Source: Bacteroidota bacterium (GTDB lineage Bacteria > Bacteroidota > Bacteroidia > Bacteroidales > GCA-2748055). Taken from it: a stretch of 64,000 nucleotides of DNA. Location of the stretch: the NCBI GenBank assembly GCA_030631845.1, contig DAOVKJ010000001.1:480-64479 (forward strand), written 5' to 3'. This document shows positions 18,276-25,078 of the stretch, piece after piece. How positions within the stretch are numbered: position 1 is the first letter of the stretch; each line of letters begins with the position of its first letter. The notes beneath the pieces are model-generated. The model made no database searches. It was not told the origin of the DNA and saw only the letters and a program-made list of their open reading frames with translations. The translations under genes and the position numbers were made by a program.

Positions 18276-19202
18276 TTAATCTTCACCTTCGAAAAGAATG
18301 TCAAGTACGACAGGTTCGTCCTTGGGGAGTCGATCAGCTGCAGGAGGCTTCTTAAAGACAGGATAACTTATCTTGATATCGGGGTAACCCATATGTACCA
18401 GCATGGTTACCACTGAAAAAATTTTTGGTCCCTGGGGAATTAATACGATGGAATATTCGTCACGCAGGGGAAGAATAGTATCAATCAGACTCTGATAAAT
18501 GGCCTGCCCGTTTCTGATTGGATAGGCAACAAGGTTCCTGATGGGTACACTATTGATCAATTTATGGTTATTAACAAAGACCTTCTCAACAAACCGCTTT
18601 TCCACCGGTGGATCTGCATAGAAGAGATAGAGCAGATCAGGATTGATGATTTTATAGATCGATTCAGAAATATTGTTCTCCTGGCCCAGTCCGAGGACCA
18701 GGGCAGTTTTTTTACCATTTGCAGGCTTTATTTCTTCGTGAAGAAACTCGGAGATCTCCTTTACCTTGTGTGAACCAGGCTGACGAACATAGCTGGCCAT
18801 GGTATAAACAATCCGCATGCATACCCTCCCATCTCTATCCTGGTTCTCGTAGAACCATCTGAAAAACTCATAGTACCAGTTGGGAGACATACTGGTACAA
18901 TCAATCAGCACATTGATCTGCTCACCGGTCAGGGTATTTAAGATTGCATCCACATCGGGAACTTCAGATTCAACCCGAAAGATCTCAAATCCCTGCTCCC
19001 CAAAATAGCTGATGTTTTCCAGGTAAGAAAACTCTTTGATACAGTTTCTCTTTTCAAGGGCAATTTTTTTACAGGAGATCCTTTCAAACATCCGGGCCAC
19101 AGTGGTACTACGCGTTTCAAAGCCAACAGTAGTGATAAATATATCAGCCTTAAAATCAGCTATTTGCGATGAATCTATATGTTGAATGGATGAAAGTTCC
19201 AT
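18276..19202 (-). CDS. Hypothetical cytoplasmic protein with two tandem Rossmann-like halves
   Basis: I use the ATG at 19202 (MELSSIQHID...) because the track start at 19337 overlaps the upstream gene by 74 nt. There is no signal peptide or TM helix. No family was recognised. Confidence 0.6.
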   Translation of the reverse strand: MELSSIQHIDSSQIADFKADIFITTVGFETRSTTVARMFERISCKKIALEKRNCIKEFSYLENISYFGEQGFEIFRVESEVPDVDAILNTLTGEQINVLIDCTSMSPNWYYEFFRWFYENQDRDGRVCMRIVYTMASYVRQPGSHKVKEISEFLHEEIKPANGKKTALVLGLGQENNISESIYKIINPDLLYLFYADPPVEKRFVEKVFVNNHKLINSVPIRNLVAYPIRNGQAIYQSLIDTILPLRDEYSIVLIPQGPKIFSVVTMLVHMGYPDIKISYPVFKKPPAADRLPKDEPVVLDILFEGED

Positions 19203-19263
19203 GGAACACTCTTCTAAGTGCCCTAAGATAAAAGGAAAATTGTAAGGGATGATGTTTGTTTGA

Positions 19264-20598
19264 CTAAAGTTTCGGATTTGTTGCAGGAATATCTGTAATT
19301 GGTCCCGGATGCTTGTCATCCATGGTGAACAGATCAAACACCGGCCACTGTTGAACAGTGCCTATGGTGCCAAACATCATACTGGAAACATACCTGTGGA
19401 TCCTGGACTGTTTATAGGTGCTTGTATTGATCATAACTACCCAGTTTATTCCATCATTTTGCCTGACCAGCAATGCTGAAGAACCGCTCAGATATCCGGT
19501 ACGCCACCAGGTGCCATACCTGTCACTTCCCCGCCAGCCGAAAAGGCCTTTCCCTGCAATACTAGGGTCGGACATATTGGCAATGGTTTCGGGGGAAAGA
19601 ATATCTGGTTGTTCATCAAAACCATCAATGGCAGTCATAAATTTCACAAGTTCCGGTGCAGAAGCCACCCAACCTCCGGCCGGACCCAGCAACTCCATAT
19701 CATTGCCGCCATAATAGATGGGTACAACTTCTCCGGACCCATCCATGGCAGAGGTGGTCATTTTACCTGCATTGCTATGGTACCTGACTTCGTTGGGATA
19801 TTTCTCGTGATAATAACTTTTTCCTATATGCATATCATGAATCCCCAGTGGCTTAAGAAGATTCATAACCACATAATCCTGGTAGGGCATCCCGCTTTTT
19901 CTCTCTATGATCTCTCCAAGGATGGCATAGCCCATATTGGAATAGCTGTAACGTGTTCCCGGATTGAAGTTCAATCTGCGCGAAAGCGTGTACTGCAGGA
20001 TATGTTCAAAAGAGGCAGGAGCCGGAACATCCATTTTCCTGGCAATATAGAGCGGATTGAACATGGGATCGCCTGCGTATCTCGACCACCCTGCTGTGTG
20101 GTTTAACAGGTGACGGACCGTTATCTCCTCAATCCTTGGATCTCTGTAGACCCTGAATAGAGAATCGTTCAGAATACCCCTCTCTCCAAACACAGTTTCG
20201 TCCAGATTGAGGTTTCCCTCTTCGTACAATTTCATTACAGCCACAGCCGTGATCAGTTTTGAGACAGATGCAATGCGGAACAGGTGACCGGGTTTAACAT
20301 CCTCCCCGGTTTCACTATTGGCCGTTCCAAATCCTTTTGCATAAACCAGCCGTTCATCTTTGGTAACAGCCAGACTCGCACCCTCAATCTTCCACCGCTT
20401 GATAAATGCATCTACCTGCATATCTATATTCTCTGTTCCCTCATAGTCAGAGTATTGGTTGTCGAGAAGCAGTGAGAAAGGTACCTCTTCATCATTCAGA
20501 AGGGATGGATATCCTTTGTCGGAGAAGGTCATCGCAATTTCTCCAAAAAAGAAGAAAACAAGCAGGGAAATAAAAATCAAAATCTTTTTCACGTACAA
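19264..20598 (-). CDS. Serine hydrolase of the beta-lactamase / PBP4-like family (secreted)
   Basis: The SxxK motif is ASVSKLITA and a YSYSN motif is present. There is an N-terminal signal-like hydrophobic segment. The start codon is TTG. Confidence 0.85.
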   Translation of the reverse strand: MYVKKILIFISLLVFFFFGEIAMTFSDKGYPSLLNDEEVPFSLLLDNQYSDYEGTENIDMQVDAFIKRWKIEGASLAVTKDERLVYAKGFGTANSETGEDVKPGHLFRIASVSKLITAVAVMKLYEEGNLNLDETVFGERGILNDSLFRVYRDPRIEEITVRHLLNHTAGWSRYAGDPMFNPLYIARKMDVPAPASFEHILQYTLSRRLNFNPGTRYSYSNMGYAILGEIIERKSGMPYQDYVVMNLLKPLGIHDMHIGKSYYHEKYPNEVRYHSNAGKMTTSAMDGSGEVVPIYYGGNDMELLGPAGGWVASAPELVKFMTAIDGFDEQPDILSPETIANMSDPSIAGKGLFGWRGSDRYGTWWRTGYLSGSSALLVRQNDGINWVVMINTSTYKQSRIHRYVSSMMFGTIGTVQQWPVFDLFTMDDKHPGPITDIPATNPKL

Positions 20599-20884
20599 TT
20601 AAAATTTGAACAATCATGTTCGTTTATAAGAACAAAGTTATAGTAAAATGAGATTGAATCTGAATTGTTCATTGCTCCAATTTTGGCCTACTCTTATAAA
20701 TCTTGGGATAGTATTGATAAATAGGATGATACAAGCGTTTTGCAAGCAATGCGAAGGGGTATATATATTACAAGTACAATGACTCTTCGCACAAAATATG
20801 GTACTTTCGTAGAGAAATTTGTGATCATTGATAAATCAATCCAAGCAGTTGGTCAAAAGAATTCAGGTGACCCCTGAGGGGGTA

Positions 20885-21310
20885 TAAAACACGAATGGGA
20901 GCCAAATTTGCATCTGGTTCCCATTCCGCTTGTTAGCTACCGTAGTCTCTAATTCGCGCCAAGCTACGGTTATTATGACTCGAAAACGAGGCCGAAGCCT
21001 TGTGATCTCTTTCGCTGCCCGACGAATCGAACAACTTGCACCGCTCTTGTCCATAGACAATGCATAATGCTCAACTGCTTACAACTTCCACCGCGTTTTC
21101 AGGTACTCTACGGTTTCTGTTTCGAATCTCCTTTCATGCCTTTGACAGCAGTCCAGGTATTCCAGTTCACAGTCCGATCCGAAGATCGGGAGAACAGCAT
21201 CAATACCTGATTAGCTGTTCCCGTGACTCATATTCACGCTTCCAGGTTGCCCTGGTAGCTAATGAACTTAATCATTTAAAGAACTGAGTGGCCTTTTATC
21301 GCTCACTTGG
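20885..21310 (-). ncRNA. Unidentified structured RNA candidate (about 430 nt)
   Basis: The core sits in an ORF-free gap (20599..21497). The minus-strand reading gives C(UUCG)G hairpins at 21174..21189 and 20989..21000. It also gives a GCAA (GNRA) hairpin at 21242..21255 and a 7-bp stem pairing 21192..21198 with 21214..21220. A long-range 9-nt complement pairs 21254..21262 with 20933..20941. A promoter lies upstream and a terminal hairpin with a U-rich tail lies downstream. The ends are approximate. Confidence 0.55.
20893..20926 (-). terminator. Terminal hairpin plus U-rich tail of the candidate RNA
   Basis: On the minus strand GAAUGGGAACCA pairs with UGGCUCCCAUUC (12 bp, one G.U pair, 10-nt loop). 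GUGUUUUAUA follows. A second small hairpin, CCCC-UCA-GGGG, lies at 20871..20881. Confidence 0.5.
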
Positions 21311-21316
21311 TAAGAC

Positions 21317-21348
21317 CAAATATATTGGCTTTATCGCATCACACCAAA
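21317..21348 (-). promoter_or_regulatory. Bacteroidota-type promoter (TTTG-N20-TATATTTG) for the candidate RNA
   Basis: On the minus strand TTTG lies at 21348..21345 and TATATTTG at 21324..21317, which matches the -33 TTTG / -7 TAnnTTTG consensus and spacing. This predicts a TSS near 21310. A 9-bp inverted repeat brackets it (21300..21308 and 21352..21360). Confidence 0.5.
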
Positions 21349-21497
21349 AAAAAGTGAGCGAAGAATTGAACATTGAATGAACAGGATTTATTAACAAATA
21401 GTTAATAGGCTGTTAATTTGAAGATCCATTTATTTATATCACAATGTATTACATCTCTCCCTCTTTTTACATACCTGTTAATATCTACGTGGATACT

Positions 21498-22223
21498 CTA
21501 AAATAATTTGCCAGGAGAAAATTGTTCATACGGTTCGATCATACGTGGATCTGATGGGTCAGCGTTGTTGGCAGAGAGACGTGGCGAAACCGTATATGCC
21601 TTTAAATCAGACTCATTAAAAGGCTGAAACAACTGCTTTCTTTTTAAAAGGGAGGGTTCTCCAGAAATCCATTCTCTCTCTCTCTCCTTTTTTAAAATAA
21701 CCGGCATTCTTTTTCTGGTGTTGTGAATTTTCTCCATCAGCGGGTTCGCTTCGGTGGTAATAATGGAGCAACTTCTCGATATTTCACCATCAAGGGGATC
21801 CCTCCAGCTATCACACAGGCCCGCAAATACAAATGGGGCTCCACTTTTTAGAGAGATATACCATGGGATCTTCACTTCGTTAACAAGTTGCCATTCGAAA
21901 AAACCTCCGGCAATAATCAGACAACGTCCCCTGCTCAAAGGTTCTTTGAAAGAGGGCTTTTCATGCAATGTTTCGGACCGGGCGTTGTAAGTACCTTTTC
22001 TGATCCGTTCTGCCTCCTTACGGTCGCGACACCAGGCAGGGATCAATCCCCACTGCATTAACTGAACCCGGGAAGAATCCTCCTGGGCGACCACCGGAAT
22101 AAAGGGATTGCTGAAAGCCCTGTAGAAATAGTCGAAATCAAAATCATACAAAGCTGAGGTATCCACCCTGAATCTCTCCTCTATGGCTCTTCTTGTAAGA
22201 TGTATTTCAATGGTGAAGCACAT
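21498..22223 (-). CDS. SOS response-associated peptidase (SRAP / YedK, DUF159), abasic-site crosslinking protein
   Basis: The N-terminus is MC..., carrying the catalytic Cys2. WGLIPAW and NTRKRMPVIL motifs are present. The protein is 241 aa. Confidence 0.9.
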   Translation of the reverse strand: MCFTIEIHLTRRAIEERFRVDTSALYDFDFDYFYRAFSNPFIPVVAQEDSSRVQLMQWGLIPAWCRDRKEAERIRKGTYNARSETLHEKPSFKEPLSRGRCLIIAGGFFEWQLVNEVKIPWYISLKSGAPFVFAGLCDSWRDPLDGEISRSCSIITTEANPLMEKIHNTRKRMPVILKKEREREWISGEPSLLKRKQLFQPFNESDLKAYTVSPRLSANNADPSDPRMIEPYEQFSPGKLF

Positions 22224-22309
22224 GAAGGAATATAGTTAAATAGTTAATGAGATTGTTAAAAGTTAAACAATTTTGAAATATGATTTGTTATTTGATCATA
22301 CTCTTTGAG

Positions 22310-22912
22310 ATGGATCAGCGAACTGAAATATTGCCCTATTTTCCTTTGAGTGTTTTTATGTTTCCCGGAGAGGACATGCCACTGCATATCTTTGAACCCC
22401 GTTATAAACAGCTTATCAATGATGCCCGCACCCAGGGCAATACTTTTGCCATTCCCTTTGTAATTGAACAGGAAATACAGAAGTTTGGGTGTGAAGTCAG
22501 GTTGAAAGAGGTGGTGGCGGAAAAAGAGGAAGGAGACATGGTGATCGTTGTTGAATCCGTTGCTGTCGTAGAGATTTCCAGTTATAACAAACAACTTGAG
22601 GGGAAGCTTTATGCCGGAGGGACCATCAGCCGGCTTCCCTGCGATGATCCTGTAATTAGCAAGGAACTCATGGAACTGATCACCAGCTACAGAGATCTAT
22701 TTGACAGCGAATTTCTCAGTAGTTTCAGGGATACTGTTGTTACCCGCAAAGATGTGATCATTGCACTGAATCTCGCTTCCGATGAAAAATATAAATTCAT
22801 ATGCATGCCAGGTGCAGAACAGAGAGAGGGTTTCCTGGCAGGACAGCTTCGTTACCTTAGTATGATCAGGAAGCAGGAGGCCCTTCTGGGTGATGATTTT
22901 GGTTTGAATTGA
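22310..22912 (+). CDS. LON N-terminal (substrate-binding) domain protein
   Basis: LPYFPLSVFMFPGEDMPLHIFEPRYKQLI is typical of the Lon N-terminal / PUA-like domain. I prefer the ATG at 22310 to the one at 22280. Confidence 0.8.
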   Translation: MDQRTEILPYFPLSVFMFPGEDMPLHIFEPRYKQLINDARTQGNTFAIPFVIEQEIQKFGCEVRLKEVVAEKEEGDMVIVVESVAVVEISSYNKQLEGKLYAGGTISRLPCDDPVISKELMELITSYRDLFDSEFLSSFRDTVVTRKDVIIALNLASDEKYKFICMPGAEQREGFLAGQLRYLSMIRKQEALLGDDFGLN

Positions 22913-23699
22913 TCAGCTTCATACGCTCCATATCATGTTTCAGACCGGCCACTGTGCGAACCAGCTGATTTTCCGGTATCATCGGTTCAGGGATTTCGTG
23001 ACTGATAAAATGAATGAACTTCCAGATCTCCCTGATCCCGCTTACATTGATCTCATACGGTTCATAAAGCGGATTCAGAGAGTAGAGAATCACCTTACCA
23101 TCCTTCTCTATCCTGTTTTCAATAATTTTAAAAACAATGCCGTCATCCATGGTCAGAACCACACATGCTTCCCCGGTCTTCAGCTCTTTCCAGTCCACTA
23201 CATACTCCCCGGTCACCCAGGCCTTCTCTGGAATGGGGAGCATGGAGTCGCCCTGAAGTTGAAAGGTTCTGTATTTTTTCTCTCCAGAGAGAAAAGGAAG
23301 CTGGAACACCTGTAGTTCACTGATGTATTCAGGATCGGCAAACCCATTGGTGTACCCTGCCTGGGCCTTTACAGGCACCAGTTCAATGTTCTCCTGGTTA
23401 TCGGCATTTACCGTGGAGGCCAGCACCCGCAGGTTTCCACCCCTGAGAAACACATCTTCCCCGTGTTCCAGCTGCCGCAACTGGGTCTCACTTAACTTCG
23501 ATAAATCAACTTTCAGCAGAGTATCTATGGCAATATTATAATAACCCGAAAAGAGAAGGAGTATATCCAGGCCGGGCTGTGCCACCCTGTTTTCATAACC
23601 ACTTAACGTGGAGCGCTTCATTTTGAGCAGCGCAGCCACCCCATCCTGTGTGAGGTTTTTACGCTTCCTCAATAGTTTAATATTTGAATCAAAATACAT
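22866..23699 (-). CDS. LexA-like self-cleaving repressor (XRE-type HTH plus S24 peptidase domain)
   Basis: The N-terminal HTH reads LTQDGVAALLKMKRSTLSGYENR. A candidate Ala-Gly cleavage site lies in KAQAGY. The S24 catalytic motif GDSM is present, followed by a downstream Lys in GIVFKII. Confidence 0.85.
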   Translation of the reverse strand: MYFDSNIKLLRKRKNLTQDGVAALLKMKRSTLSGYENRVAQPGLDILLLFSGYYNIAIDTLLKVDLSKLSETQLRQLEHGEDVFLRGGNLRVLASTVNADNQENIELVPVKAQAGYTNGFADPEYISELQVFQLPFLSGEKKYRTFQLQGDSMLPIPEKAWVTGEYVVDWKELKTGEACVVLTMDDGIVFKIIENRIEKDGKVILYSLNPLYEPYEINVSGIREIWKFIHFISHEIPEPMIPENQLVRTVAGLKHDMERMKLINSNQNHHPEGPPAS

Positions 23700-23742
23700 G
23701 TTAAAACAGTATTTAAGGTTGCATAAAACAGCTCATATGATT

Positions 23743-23760
23743 ATATTGTAATCACAATAT
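23743..23760. promoter_or_regulatory. Palindromic candidate operator in the divergent repressor/dinB promoter region
   Basis: The perfect 7-bp arms are ATATTGT-aatc-ACAATAT. Direct TGATTATAT repeats flank them. The site is 38 nt upstream of the dinB ATG and 44 nt upstream of the repressor ATG. Confidence 0.5.
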
Positions 23761-23797
23761 TGATTATATACTAATCAAAGATAAGAAAAAAAAGTGA

Positions 23798-25063
23798 ATG
23801 AGCATAACACGAAGTGTAGTGCATATGGATCTGGATACATTTTTTGTATCTGTAGAGCGGTTGATGAACAGCGGGCTTAAAGGAAAGCCCGTGATCATTG
23901 GAGGGATGTCGGACCGGGGTGTGGTGTCGAGTTGCAGTTATGAAGCCAGGCAGTTCGGGGTGCATTCGGCCATGCCCATGAAGATGGCACGCTCACTTTG
24001 CAACGAAGCCATTGTGATCAGGGGGGATATGGATGCTTACAGCCGACACTCAAGAATGGTTACCGAGATTATCGCAGAAGAGGCCCCCATGTATGAGAAA
24101 GCATCCATTGATGAACACTACCTGGATATTACCGGGATGGATCGCTTTTTTGGATGTATGCAGTGGACCCATGAACTGAGGCAACGTATTATCAAAGAGA
24201 CAGGTCTGCCCATCTCCTGCGGACTTTCGGCGAACAAAACGGTTTCAAAGATTGCCACCGGCGAGGCTAAACCCAACGGGGAGATTGAGATTCCCGGTGG
24301 TCATGAGAGGGGTTTCCTCTCCCCTCTTTCCATTCGGAAGATTCCCATGATCGGGAATCGCACCTTCCACCTGCTGCGCTCCATGGGCATTGCCACCATC
24401 GGCACTCTGGGGCAGATTCCCATGGAGATGATGGAGAGCCTGCTGGGGAAGAATGGCCTGGTGATCTGGAAGAAGGCCAATGGTATTGACCATACTCCCG
24501 TGGTCCAGTACTCTGAACGAAAATCGATCGGTAGCGAAAGAACCTTCCAGCGGGATACCATGGATATGGCGGGGCTGCACGATCTGCTCACCTCCATGGT
24601 GGAGAAGCTGGCTTTCCAGCTACGCAAAGAGGAGAAACTTACCTCCATTGTGACAGTTAAGATCCGTTATTCAAATTTTGACACCCATACCCTTCAGAAG
24701 CGGATCTCATACACCTCTTTCGATCATGTGCTGATGCCCCTTGCCAGAGAGTTGTTCGAGCGTCTTTATCAGCGGCGCATGCTGATCCGCCTGCTGGGGG
24801 TCCGCCTCTCCGGGCTGGTCCGGGGTGTTCAGCAGCTGAACCTGTTCGAAGAGACCCCGGAGATGGTGCATCTCTACCTGGCACTGGACAAACTGCGCAG
24901 GCGCTATGGTTCCGATTCGGTCAGAAGGGCCAGTGGCATACAGCTTTGCGACCTGGAGGAGCGGATTGTACAGTCGCAGCAACAGAAAAGCATCTCCTCT
25001 CCGAAAGATCGCCAGCAGATCGATAACCTTAAGAACCGACGATTCAGGTATTGGTACAGGTAA
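23798..25063 (+). CDS. dinB: Y-family DNA polymerase (Pol IV-like, catalytic residues intact)
   Basis: HMDLDTFFVSVE and SIDEHYLD preserve the Asp/Asp/Glu catalytic residues. The protein is 421 aa. The dnaE2-type gene follows 16 nt downstream. Confidence 0.9.
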   Translation: MSITRSVVHMDLDTFFVSVERLMNSGLKGKPVIIGGMSDRGVVSSCSYEARQFGVHSAMPMKMARSLCNEAIVIRGDMDAYSRHSRMVTEIIAEEAPMYEKASIDEHYLDITGMDRFFGCMQWTHELRQRIIKETGLPISCGLSANKTVSKIATGEAKPNGEIEIPGGHERGFLSPLSIRKIPMIGNRTFHLLRSMGIATIGTLGQIPMEMMESLLGKNGLVIWKKANGIDHTPVVQYSERKSIGSERTFQRDTMDMAGLHDLLTSMVEKLAFQLRKEEKLTSIVTVKIRYSNFDTHTLQKRISYTSFDHVLMPLARELFERLYQRRMLIRLLGVRLSGLVRGVQQLNLFEETPEMVHLYLALDKLRRRYGSDSVRRASGIQLCDLEERIVQSQQQKSISSPKDRQQIDNLKNRRFRYWYR

Positions 25064-25078
25064 AAGTTTGCGAAGCGA

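Noticed and set aside
20863-21287. Small ORFs 20863..21060 (-) and 21060..21287 (+) in the large intergenic gap
   Set aside because: They are short, their composition is not protein-like, they have no plausible start context, and the region is better explained by dense RNA hairpins.
20885-21310. Possibility that the structured region is tmRNA, 6S RNA, SRP RNA or a cobalamin riboswitch
   Set aside because: It has no GGGG...CCACCA tRNA-like ends and no ...NYALAA-type tag ORF, which rules out tmRNA. It is far too long for SRP RNA. It lacks the single long interrupted helix of 6S RNA. It contains only a weak GCCACTC, not the B12-box GCCACTG context, and the downstream gene is unrelated to cobalamin. 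The identity remains unknown rather than assigned.
22251-22272. ATTGTT-N8-AACAAT dyad upstream of the SRAP and Lon-N genes as a second operator of the LexA-like repressor
   Set aside because: It shares only the TTGT/ACAA core with the 23743..23760 dyad, and the spacing differs (N10 against N4 between cores). The evidence is too weak to call it the same site.
22866-22912. 47-nt convergent overlap of the Lon-N and XRE-S24 genes as a deliberate antisense regulatory device
   Set aside because: It could simply reflect a poorly conserved C-terminal tail (…NSNQNHHPEGPPAS) of the repressor ORF. It is noted inside the island finding but not claimed as a feature.
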